IMG/VR virus record: IMGVR_UViG_3300032291_001333
Span: 1 to 56,529 of that record
Source: a virus
Taxonomy: Duplodnaviria > Caudoviricetes
Direction: 5' to 3' (one strand)
DNA length: 56,529 nucleotides
Below, piece by piece: positions 35,905-43,906 of the stretch. Both the position numbers and the translations under genes were made by a program. The number at the start of each line of letters is the position of its first letter. Positions within the stretch are counted from its first letter, which is position 1. The notes under the pieces are model-generated. The model was not told the DNA's origin. It did not search any database and saw only the letters and a program-made list of their open reading frames with translations.

Positions 35905-35933
35905 ATCTTAAATCGTGCATCACCCAATGTCAA
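35905..35933 (-). promoter_or_regulatory. sigma70 promoter (TTGACA-N17-TAAGAT)
   Basis: -35 at 35933-35928, -10 at 35910-35905, directly upstream of the structured RNA. Confidence 0.7.
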
Positions 35934-35979
35934 GCAGTATCGGGCAATAACTACCAACCACTTATGACCAAAAACGAAA

Positions 35980-36828
35980 TCATTTCGTATTTGACATCAA
36001 CTCTCGCAGCAACTTGACCGCCGCCCAAAGCCCTTCCCGCTGGTAATAGTCGTTGAAATCGTCGCCCTCGACCGGAGACATCAACCAAGGCAGTCCCGTC
36101 GATCTGGCGGCGTTCTGGCCCGTCCTTGAGGCATCATTGTCGGCCACCACAACCCGATCACCACCGATCCGCTCGGCCACGTAGACCAGATTGGATGCCG
36201 AAAAGCATACCCACACCTCGCAGGACTTGTGCATGGCGTCGGCAGCAGCCTTGATGGACAGCGCCGTCGCGTAGCCTTCGCAGAGGATTTTGACTGCCGG
36301 ATACCGCTTCTTCCCCATGATAAACACCGCGCCCTTCGTTTCGCCTCCGGCCAGAAACTTCTTCTCCCCATGACCGTTGATCCGCTGGATGCTGGTCAGC
36401 TTGTTGGTCTTGAAATTCCTCATCGGGACGATCAACTCGTTCTCCAATACCATCGCAATCGCGTCAGGAAAGCCTTTGCGCTCAAGATAGGGGTGATTTG
36501 AGGGCTTGGCCCTACCGACCGCGCTCTGAGCGATTATGGAGGCCCTGTGACGCCTTCCGGCCTCTTCCCTGTCGGCCTTCTCCCGCTCCATCCGCAGCTT
36601 CAGGGGATCGACAATTTCAATCCGCTCTCCCTTCGGAGGCCATGTCGCGTAGCCTTCCATCGTCGCCCAATTCCGGACGACTCCCTTGCTGCCGTCGAAC
36701 AGGTAGGCCCCGTTGCGCTTGCGAGGCTTGTCCGTGGTCGGCACCCGGTGCCACCTTCCATCTGAAATCAGGTGATTGATGCTCAGCCCGTAGGCTGATG
36801 CATGTTGTAAAAAGTCCATGTCAGCCAT
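35980..36828 (-). CDS. Toprim-domain DNA primase
   Basis: DGRWHRV, HPYLERKG, SIQRI...GEKKFL.GG, CEGYATALS, ADND, DFND motifs. Confidence 0.9.
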   Translation of the reverse strand: MADMDFLQHASAYGLSINHLISDGRWHRVPTTDKPRKRNGAYLFDGSKGVVRNWATMEGYATWPPKGERIEIVDPLKLRMEREKADREEAGRRHRASIIAQSAVGRAKPSNHPYLERKGFPDAIAMVLENELIVPMRNFKTNKLTSIQRINGHGEKKFLAGGETKGAVFIMGKKRYPAVKILCEGYATALSIKAAADAMHKSCEVWVCFSASNLVYVAERIGGDRVVVADNDASRTGQNAARSTGLPWLMSPVEGDDFNDYYQREGLWAAVKLLRELMSNTK

Positions 36829-38359
36829 CCGCCAGTTTAGTGAATTTCTGCTTAGCTACCCGGTGCCGGTAAGCAATCAACATGCGTCGGACATTATTCC
36901 GGACGACCTCACGCGGCACAACATTCGTGTCGATGTGATACGCGGACCTAGGCCAAGTCCCGTAGACGTTCCGATACTGAGCCAAGGCAAACTTCTCAGC
37001 GCCGAAACGGTCAGCCCCTTTGATGTCTGCAGCGATGTGGCAAATTTCCTTCCAGACCAGCTTCTTGTCCTTCTGCCAGTCGTTCTTTGCCTTCATCCAC
37101 ATGTCGAGTTCGGACAGTTGACCGGCCCGCTCCTCGACCGTGCTGCGACGGACAGGACGCTCAGCGCCGCATGCAGGGCAAATCTTCTGCGTATGAATAA
37201 ACCCGCAGGAGTGACACTTGCTGTCCTTCTTCTCTTCGGGAGTCTTTTCCTTGCGCAGCTTTGCATCCAAGGCACCTGAGTCAAGTTCGGCAATACCGTT
37301 CTCAAATACAGTCTGCGTGTCATCCATAAACCGCAGCATGTTGCCCGCGTGATCCAGCCACAGAGCGAATTCCTTGCCGGGGTGCGAACGCATCACACGG
37401 CCTAGCTGCTGGATGTGACCCGACAGAGACTTGCGATACGGACGCGCACCGATGCCAATCTTGATGTCCGTGACGTCAAAGCCCTTCGCCAGAGCCTCGC
37501 AGGAAATCAGCCCGACAATCTCGGAATCAGCCTTGCGAAACTCTTCGATCAGTTCACGGCGGCGATCATTATTCCCATCCTTGTAGCTAATCTGCTGGAA
37601 GTTAAAGCCTCGCGCCTGAAACTGACGGCAAAGCTCCTCACCGTGAGCGACGGTCGCAGAGAATGCAATGGTCTTCGCCGGTCCACCGAAATACTGCGAC
37701 GACTTCTGCATCCACTCTTCTACAACGTCACCGACGATCTGGATGCCGCGCTTCTCCATCTCAGCGTCCTTCCACTCGCCGTCGAACTTCACTTCAGCGC
37801 CGGTCATGTCAATCTCTTTTGCCGCATAGGCTTTCAACGGCACCAGCCAGCCCTGCTCGATCAGGCGATTGGTCGTCGTGCTGTTGACGACATTGGTGAA
37901 TATTTTGTCCATGCCCTTCGTGAATGGAGTCGCCGTCAGCCCGATGACGCGGATGTCAGTTCCCTCGACAAAATTCAGGACGCTCTGATACAGCGTGTGA
38001 CACTCGTCCCAAAGCACAAGCTTCGGCATGTCCTCGATCTTGCGCCGCGCCAGAGTCTGCGCAGATACAACCTGAATATGCTCCCACGGACGCGCCCGCC
38101 AGTGGTCGGCCTGCATGACGCCGTGCTGAATGCCGTAGCGGTCCAGCGTAGTCGAAGTCTGGTCAACCAGTGCCACTCGGTCGCACACAAAGAATGCGCG
38201 TGAAGATTTTTTCTGAGCTTCACCAAGCAAGTGAGACGCCGTTACCGTCTTACCGCTGCCTGTCGGAGCCACCAAAATCTGTGACTGATGACCCCCACGA
38301 AACCCTTCCCTCAAATCCTCTACGCTCTTCTCTTGATAGTCCCTCAAATCAATAATCAC
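36821..38359 (-). CDS. Superfamily 2 DEAH-box helicase with C-terminal Zn finger
   Basis: LRDYQ (Q motif), APTGSGKT, DECH, GLTATP, GFD, QQLGRVMR; CHSC...CPAC. Confidence 0.93.
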   Translation of the reverse strand: MIIDLRDYQEKSVEDLREGFRGGHQSQILVAPTGSGKTVTASHLLGEAQKKSSRAFFVCDRVALVDQTSTTLDRYGIQHGVMQADHWRARPWEHIQVVSAQTLARRKIEDMPKLVLWDECHTLYQSVLNFVEGTDIRVIGLTATPFTKGMDKIFTNVVNSTTTNRLIEQGWLVPLKAYAAKEIDMTGAEVKFDGEWKDAEMEKRGIQIVGDVVEEWMQKSSQYFGGPAKTIAFSATVAHGEELCRQFQARGFNFQQISYKDGNNDRRRELIEEFRKADSEIVGLISCEALAKGFDVTDIKIGIGARPYRKSLSGHIQQLGRVMRSHPGKEFALWLDHAGNMLRFMDDTQTVFENGIAELDSGALDAKLRKEKTPEEKKDSKCHSCGFIHTQKICPACGAERPVRRSTVEERAGQLSELDMWMKAKNDWQKDKKLVWKEICHIAADIKGADRFGAEKFALAQYRNVYGTWPRSAYHIDTNVVPREVVRNNVRRMLIAYRHRVAKQKFTKLADG

Positions 38360-38391
38360 TCATTTTCTCCACGATTAAAAATCTAATCAGA

Positions 38392-38441
38392 TAATTACGC
38401 AAAATTGCGTAATTAAATATCAAAAAAACCTTATAAATCAA
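38392..38441. repeat. 50-bp palindrome-containing element, copy B (inverted relative to copy A)
   Basis: 47/50 identical to the reverse complement of 28192-28241. Confidence 0.9.
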
Positions 38442-38446
38442 CGATG

Positions 38447-39262
38447 CTACTTCTCAGATTTCTTCATTTTGTTGGAAAGATAATTTAACTGTCTGGTCTG
38501 CTCGGCGCACTTGTTTTGCCACTCGTCCCGCGATTGCGTCAGGGACATGATCTGATCGTGCAGCTTCTTAAATTCGGCAACCTGCACACCGTTTCTGACA
38601 GCCTCGCAGGCAGAAAGCTCAACCGACAGGGCATGGTAGTTCTGCGAAAGCTCCTCGTATTCCTTCTGCAGCTTGGTGTATTGCGACAGGGGGACAGTCT
38701 CCTCGCGCTTTACTGGTGCCTTGGGTTCAGGCTTATTCACGGCCTCGCGCTGCTTATCCGGAGACTGCTTGGCAAGCTTAGCGGCCTTTGATACCGGCAT
38801 CTCGCCCTTCATGACTGCATTTTGAATCTCAGGGACTGCAGTGGTTGCGGCCTTCGCGTCAGTCATCGTCCTCGCGGATACACCGGCAATTGCAGCAGCC
38901 TTCATGACTGACATCTTCAGGGCGGAAGCAACGCTTACTGATGGGCGTCCTGATGCTTCAACCCAATCCGCCATCTTCGCAATAGCAAAGGCTACCTGAC
39001 TCTGTGATCCATGACGGCGGTGCAGGTTCATTGACAGCACAAAGCCTGCAGGATCGCCGCCGTCATACTCGATCATCGGAGGCTTTTTGACGTTCAGTTC
39101 TGCGCAGGCGCGATAGCGGTGCCAGCCGTCAAGAATCTTGCCTTCATACAGGACAATCGGATTGCGGACGCCATTCGCGTCGATGTCATCAATCAGAGCC
39201 TTGAAAGACTCTTCGTCCATCGCGGACCATGACGCACTCAGAGGATGCTGTTGATATTTCAT
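38447..39262 (-). CDS. ParB/Srx-like N-terminal domain protein with HTH and coiled coil
   Basis: LIDDI.ANGVRNPI...ILDGWHRYRAC, NLHRRH, AAAIAGVSART; likely ATG at 39262. Confidence 0.85.
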   Translation of the reverse strand: MKYQQHPLSASWSAMDEESFKALIDDIDANGVRNPIVLYEGKILDGWHRYRACAELNVKKPPMIEYDGGDPAGFVLSMNLHRRHGSQSQVAFAIAKMADWVEASGRPSVSVASALKMSVMKAAAIAGVSARTMTDAKAATTAVPEIQNAVMKGEMPVSKAAKLAKQSPDKQREAVNKPEPKAPVKREETVPLSQYTKLQKEYEELSQNYHALSVELSACEAVRNGVQVAEFKKLHDQIMSLTQSRDEWQNKCAEQTRQLNYLSNKMKKSEK

Positions 39263-39498
39263 TTTTCGTCTCTCAGTTCGGGCCAAATCTGCGCCCATGT
39301 TTTCGGGAATAGTTCTTTGCGGCCAATCTTGCCGCTAGTTGTTACTTCCATCGGGTAGGCCAGCAGCACCAGCTTTCCATCAGGAATCCGCTTCATCTTC
39401 CGCCAGTCGCTGACGGTAGACCACGCACAGTCGGCCAAGGTGGCAGTGTTTGCCGTCCCGCCCAAAGTGTCGATGATTTTGCTAGGGGTGATGCGCAC
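39259..39498 (-). CDS. Cro/YdaS-like HTH transcriptional regulator
   Basis: IIDTLGGTANTATLA...STVSDWR...IP...IWPEL motif; at the divergent promoter region. Confidence 0.75.
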   Translation of the reverse strand: MRITPSKIIDTLGGTANTATLADCAWSTVSDWRKMKRIPDGKLVLLAYPMEVTTSGKIGRKELFPKTWAQIWPELRDEK

Positions 39499-39524
39499 TT
39501 TTTGACTCCGGTTGTTTTAAGGTG

Positions 39525-39553
39525 TTGACATCATATCCGTGTTGGCGTATATT
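39525..39553 (+). promoter_or_regulatory. sigma70 promoter (TTGACA-N17-TATATT) for the rightward operon
   Basis: Shares GGCGTAT with the early promoters; upstream of an AGGAG RBS and the ATG at 39591. Confidence 0.75.
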
Positions 39554-39590
39554 CGCAACTGCCAATAACGGCGAGAGGAAAGGAGTAGCA

Positions 39591-39812
39591 ATGACTACGA
39601 TGTTGAACAAAGCAGTGAAGCGCAAGTCGGTCGGATCACACAGGGGCAGACGGTTTATCGTGACCCTTGAGCCGGGTGATGTGATTGGCTTTCGGGCCGA
39701 GAGGACCCGCAAGACGTTTTACACCACCCTCGCGGCCTGTTACGACATGGCGGTTCGCCAGCATGTCTTGGCAGAGAAGGCGGCAAAGAAGAAAAAGAAG
39801 GGCGGTGCATGA
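39591..39812 (+). CDS. Small basic hypothetical protein
   Basis: Likely start MTTMLNK at 39591 after AAGGAG. Confidence 0.7.
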   Translation: MTTMLNKAVKRKSVGSHRGRRFIVTLEPGDVIGFRAERTRKTFYTTLAACYDMAVRQHVLAEKAAKKKKKGGA

Positions 39813-39973
39813 TGGACGCTTGGCATCATCAACTGATGCTTGAACGTGAGCAGCAACTGCAGGAGGCGCTACTTCGCGCCGAGACGAGCCAAGCCTCGCA
39901 AGAGGATTGGGAAATTATCTACTTTGAATGTGGACTGAAAAGGAAAACTGAAAATGAGCTTAACCGTAGCTAA
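39812..39973 (+). CDS. 53-aa protein missing from the ORF track
   Basis: TGATG coupling; MDAWHHQLMLEREQQL...NRS*. Confidence 0.6.
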   Translation: MDAWHHQLMLEREQQLQEALLRAETSQASQEDWEIIYFECGLKRKTENELNRS

Positions 39974-40598
39974 CACTGGCGGGGATTTCAAACCCGCGCC
40001 CGCAGGTAGCCATCTCGCACGATGCTACCGGATCATCGACCTCGGCACCCAGAAAGTCGTCTGGAAGGGGACCGAGAAGGCGATGAAAAAGATCATCATC
40101 GGCTGGGAGCTTCATGGCGATGATGCCGAAGGTAATCCGCTCCTGACTGAAGACGGTCGCCCGCTGGTTGTCTCGCGCAAGTTCACGCCGTCGCTGGCCG
40201 ACAAGGCTGCTCTCCGTGCGTTCTTGGTTGCATGGCGCGGCAAGCAGTTCACCAACGATGAACTGATGGGCTTCAGCCTGAAGAACATCATTGGCGCATG
40301 GTGCATGATCAACATCAGCCATGAGGATCGTGATGGCAAGACCTACGCCAACATCACCGGAGTCTCCGGCGTCCCTTCGGCCATCAAGAAAGCCGGTCTG
40401 CCTGAGGGTGTAAACCCTGAGGTCATGTTCGACATCGATGAGCCGAACATGGAGGTCTTTGAGTCGTTCACCGACTACATCAAAGATCAGATCATGTCTT
40501 CGCCGGAATGGCAGATGAAGAACGGCGAGCATAAGCCTCAGGGCAGCAAAAAGTCCTCTGGCAATAGCTTTGAAGACGATGACGATATTCCTTTCTAA
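39954..40598 (+). CDS. Putative single-stranded DNA-binding/replication protein
   Basis: PAGSHLARCYRIIDLGTQ N-terminus and acidic DDDDIPF C-terminal tail typical of SSBs. Confidence 0.75.
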   Translation: MSLTVANTGGDFKPAPAGSHLARCYRIIDLGTQKVVWKGTEKAMKKIIIGWELHGDDAEGNPLLTEDGRPLVVSRKFTPSLADKAALRAFLVAWRGKQFTNDELMGFSLKNIIGAWCMINISHEDRDGKTYANITGVSGVPSAIKKAGLPEGVNPEVMFDIDEPNMEVFESFTDYIKDQIMSSPEWQMKNGEHKPQGSKKSSGNSFEDDDDIPF

Positions 40599-40639
40599 TC
40601 AATGACTTGCTTCAACTGCCGATGGAGCAAATGGCATCA

Positions 40640-40673
40640 GAGGGGGCTGGTTTGCAGCCGGTTCCCTCGTTTT
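40640..40673 (+). terminator. Possible terminator or stem-loop after the SSB gene
   Basis: GAGGGGGCTGG/CCGGTTCCCTC stem (G-U pairs on plus strand), then GTTTT. Confidence 0.45.
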
Positions 40674-40732
40674 GCCGTGAAGCTCTGTCCTTATTTTGAA
40701 TACGAACCGGGAACAGACAAAGGGGACTAAAA

Positions 40733-41080
40733 ATGAAACCTGCTACGAGAAAAGCATTGGAAGGAAGCATCAAAAAATGGGAAAAGATTGCTGAAGGAAC
40801 TAAATCAGACAAAGCAACTGACAATTGCTCTTTATGCAAAAGATTTATTTCCAGCAGATTTGATTACTGCCAAAGAGATAACGGAGAAAAATGCCCTGTT
40901 TACGAGGCAACGGGAAAAAAATATTGCATAAATACTCCGTATCAGGACTGGTCAATGTCGGTAAAGAAGCGAGATAAAACCTTTTGCACATACGGAGCCA
41001 AGGCAACTGACGATGAGACGGTGATGTGCGCCGTTCTTGAGGTTGAGTTTCTCAAATCACTTCGACCGGCAAAAGATTAA
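40733..41080 (+). CDS. Cys-rich hypothetical protein
   Basis: ALEGSIKKWEKI...CSLC...C...CPV...C; AT-rich. Confidence 0.75.
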   Translation: MKPATRKALEGSIKKWEKIAEGTKSDKATDNCSLCKRFISSRFDYCQRDNGEKCPVYEATGKKYCINTPYQDWSMSVKKRDKTFCTYGAKATDDETVMCAVLEVEFLKSLRPAKD

Positions 41081-41081
41081 C

Positions 41082-41855
41082 ATGACGCTAATGACATCAA
41101 AGCCTGTGCATGCTGCAGAATCTCAGCATTGGTATACCAAGGACGGATATCCAGCCTACGAAGTGATGTCCCAGAAAGGCACCATGCGGCCTACAACGCT
41201 TCGGGACGCCCGCAAGATGGGTCTGGTGCCATCCGTGACCACGATCATCAGGCAGGCCGCTTCTCCGGGCCTTGACGCATGGAAACAGCAGCAGGTTCTC
41301 CACGCCGCCCTGACCCTGCCGTTGATCCAAGGCGAGTCCGAGGAGGATTACCTCGACCGGATTATGAAGGACAGCAAGGAAACCGCCAAGAAAGCCTCAG
41401 AACGCGGCACAGCACTCCACGCTGCAGTCGAAGGGCATTACGCCGGGGCGCTGGTTTCTGGCGAGTATTTCGGCCATATTGAAGGTGTGAGGATTTCTAT
41501 GGATTCCCACTTCGGCCATCACCAATGGATACCGGAGAAGTCGTTCGCTACCAAGCTTGGATTCGGTGGCAAGCTGGACCTGTGCGGACCCGGAGGCGTG
41601 ATCGATATCAAGTCGAAGGAGTTCGGTCCGGACAACCTCCCCAAAGGCTATGACGAGCATTTGATGCAGCTTGCGGCCTATCGCATGGGCATCGACCTAC
41701 CTTCGGCACGGTGCGCAAACGTCTTCGTCAGCGTCACGAAGCCGGGACTGGTGCATATTGTAGAATGGTCGGAAGAAGACCTGCAGCGAGGCTGGAAGAT
41801 GTTCTGCGGACTGCTTGATTTTTGGTATGCCAAAACCGGACTTCAAAGGGGATAA
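41082..41855 (+). CDS. PD-(D/E)XK exonuclease (Cas4/RecB-like phage nuclease)
   Basis: PSVTTI, RGTALH, E...GGKLDL...IDIKSK, QLAAY motifs; likely ATG at 41082. Confidence 0.88.
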   Translation: MTLMTSKPVHAAESQHWYTKDGYPAYEVMSQKGTMRPTTLRDARKMGLVPSVTTIIRQAASPGLDAWKQQQVLHAALTLPLIQGESEEDYLDRIMKDSKETAKKASERGTALHAAVEGHYAGALVSGEYFGHIEGVRISMDSHFGHHQWIPEKSFATKLGFGGKLDLCGPGGVIDIKSKEFGPDNLPKGYDEHLMQLAAYRMGIDLPSARCANVFVSVTKPGLVHIVEWSEEDLQRGWKMFCGLLDFWYAKTGLQRG

Positions 41856-41856
41856 A

Positions 41857-42039
41857 ATGGTCGGACTGATCAAAATGAATGGCGTGTATGCAATCACGTT
41901 TCAGGAGTCTGACAAGGAAAAGATGATCAAGCTCTTTAATCGCGCCCTAAACACTTGGCATCCCACGCCGCCGCAAGACCTGATCGATACTCATGAGGAC
42001 CTGAAAAATGATGATTTACCGTCAGCAACTGCAGGCTAA
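41857..42039 (+). CDS. Hypothetical protein
   Basis: Likely ATG at 41857; NRALNTW motif. Confidence 0.6.
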   Translation: MVGLIKMNGVYAITFQESDKEKMIKLFNRALNTWHPTPPQDLIDTHEDLKNDDLPSATAG

Positions 42040-42163
42040 ATTCCAGAAAGTCTCAAAACACTTCAAGCTATCCAAGGAAGAGCATGCCGCCGCTTGGAAG
42101 TGGGCTGTCGCTGATCCGGTCAACGCATATCGCTGCTATTCCGCGATTGTCAGGACTCTATGA
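42008..42163 (+). CDS. 51-aa protein missing from the ORF track
   Basis: MMIYRQQLQAKF...VRTL*; ATGA-coupled to the next ORF. Confidence 0.5.
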   Translation: MMIYRQQLQAKFQKVSKHFKLSKEEHAAAWKWAVADPVNAYRCYSAIVRTL

Positions 42164-42321
42164 CCGGCAAGTTATGCCAAAGCTGTCAACGCCGGGAAGC
42201 CGTGAAGCTTGTCCCGATGACTAGGATCAAGCGCAATTTATGGAAGTGCCAAGTCTGCATCGACAGGCAGAACGCTCCCGGCGAAGGTGTGGGAAATTTT
42301 AAAAGGAAAAGTCATGATTGA
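42160..42321 (+). CDS. 53-aa zinc-finger protein missing from the ORF track
   Basis: MTGKLCQSC...WKCQVC...; two CxxC motifs. Confidence 0.6.
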   Translation: MTGKLCQSCQRREAVKLVPMTRIKRNLWKCQVCIDRQNAPGEGVGNFKRKSHD

Positions 42322-42541
42322 ATGGGCTGAAGTAAACGAGAAGGGCGACCTTGTGATCGACTGGAATGAAGTCTTCGATAACTCACAAGACTACGACCAC
42401 GGACTGAAGACCTACGGGACCTCCCTTGGGAAGCTCATTGCCTTAGTCCAGAAAGATGCGTTCGAAAAGGGATTCTTGGCGGGCATCGACGCAAAGCATC
42501 CGGACCACAGACTACTTGCCTACACCGGAGGAAACTCATGA
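42314..42541 (+). CDS. Hypothetical protein
   Basis: Likely ATG at 42314 (MIEWAEV). Confidence 0.65.
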   Translation: MIEWAEVNEKGDLVIDWNEVFDNSQDYDHGLKTYGTSLGKLIALVQKDAFEKGFLAGIDAKHPDHRLLAYTGGNS

Positions 42542-42735
42542 CAAAGAATGAATTTGAAGACCTCGTAAAGCAGGTTTACTTCTACTGCGAAAACAGGGAC
42601 CCGAACGGTCTATACCCAGACAGAGACATCGACCTGCGCGAGTTTGCGTCGAAGCTGATTGCGGTCTATGAGGCGAAGATCAAGGCCGAAAGCCAAGTCC
42701 CTGTCTGCTCGTTGCTGTCAAAATCAAATAAATAA
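42538..42735 (+). CDS. Hypothetical protein
   Basis: GGAGG RBS, ATGA overlap; converges on the end of the late operon. Confidence 0.65.
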   Translation: MTKNEFEDLVKQVYFYCENRDPNGLYPDRDIDLREFASKLIAVYEAKIKAESQVPVCSLLSKSNK

Positions 42736-42736
42736 A

Positions 42737-43906
42737 TTATTGAATTTGGCGTAGGCCACCAGCAATTTGAGTTTGTTGTGGAACACTTAAATTCATTGCA
42801 CTAATGGCTGGACCAGCATATCTTGCGGCCATAATTTCCTGCTTAGAAGGTTGCACAGGCAAAGCTTCAAATCTTTTCCTTGCGGAGACGTTTTCCATTC
42901 TCTCCTTGGGAATACCTTTAATCGCCTCATATAAAAATTGAGCAGGAATTGATGCAGCCGCAGCACCACCGCCAATAAGTCTTGGCAATGCTTTTGGTAT
43001 CAATGTCGCAAGCGACCCTAGTCCACCAACACCTTGAATTGCAGCGGTTGGAATATCTCCCTCTTTTGCTGCGCGAGCGGCTTCAGCAACTTGAAGGCCA
43101 CCAAGTCCACCCATGATCGCGCCAGTGATTGGACCACCACCAAATAAACTAGACAGCCTACTAATTGCCTCAGACTTCTTGCCCTTAGAAATTAAATCTT
43201 CAATTTCTTGAATTTTTTTTGAAAAATTAATTTCAGTTGTTTGTGTGGTCGCAGCTTTTGAAGATGAAAGTTCATCCGCAACTTTTGACGGAATCATTAT
43301 TTGTCCGGGCTTGGCATCCGTTAATTTGTAATCACCATAACCAAGATTGCCAATTATTTTTATATTTTTTATATCTTTTTCAATTAAGCCCTTACCGCCA
43401 GTTGGAGATTCTTTTGTTTTATCTGTTGCAATATCAAGAACTGCTTCAGGAAGTTGATGTTTTTGACCGGCCTCAGCCTTCATCCAATTTTTTACGCCAG
43501 AATCACCTTCAATTTTAGGGCCGGAAGCTCTTTGATATAAATCAAAAATATCTTGAACGCTAGATTCTTTTATACCACCTCCCAATTTAATTTGGGCAAG
43601 AAGTGAAGCCTCTTGAATTTTTCCTGCTGCGCGAAGATTATTTATTTCATTGATAACAGAAGAAATTGACTCTTTCTTGGGAAGACGTTTTTCTCCAATT
43701 CCTGCAGCCAAACCAGCGCCAGCACCTAAAATTGGATAAGTAACTTTATCAAAAACAGACCGCATTGATCCCGTCTTTCCACTAGATTGCGGAAGATTAA
43801 ATTCATCCGAAAGGAATGGATTATCTTTTGACAAATCCTCTTCCTTGCTTTCATTTTCAGCAAAAAATGGATTATTTACAGATAAGTCTTCTTGAATGTC
43901 GCTCAT
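42737..43906 (-). CDS. Putative DNA ejection/internal virion protein
   Basis: N-terminal NPF repeats; Gly/Ala hydrophobic stretches; last gene of the ejection cluster. Confidence 0.6.
   Translation of the reverse strand: MSDIQEDLSVNNPFFAENESKEEDLSKDNPFLSDEFNLPQSSGKTGSMRSVFDKVTYPILGAGAGLAAGIGEKRLPKKESISSVINEINNLRAAGKIQEASLLAQIKLGGGIKESSVQDIFDLYQRASGPKIEGDSGVKNWMKAEAGQKHQLPEAVLDIATDKTKESPTGGKGLIEKDIKNIKIIGNLGYGDYKLTDAKPGQIMIPSKVADELSSSKAATTQTTEINFSKKIQEIEDLISKGKKSEAISRLSSLFGGGPITGAIMGGLGGLQVAEAARAAKEGDIPTAAIQGVGGLGSLATLIPKALPRLIGGGAAAASIPAQFLYEAIKGIPKERMENVSARKRFEALPVQPSKQEIMAARYAGPAISAMNLSVPQQTQIAGGLRQIQ

Noticed and set aside
40605-40690. tRNA gene
   Set aside because: Stems are present, but there is no T-loop GTTCRA, D-loop or acceptor-stem/CCA geometry
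41082-41855. cas4 as part of a CRISPR system
   Set aside because: Stand-alone PD-(D/E)XK exonuclease near the SSB gene; no array or other cas genes
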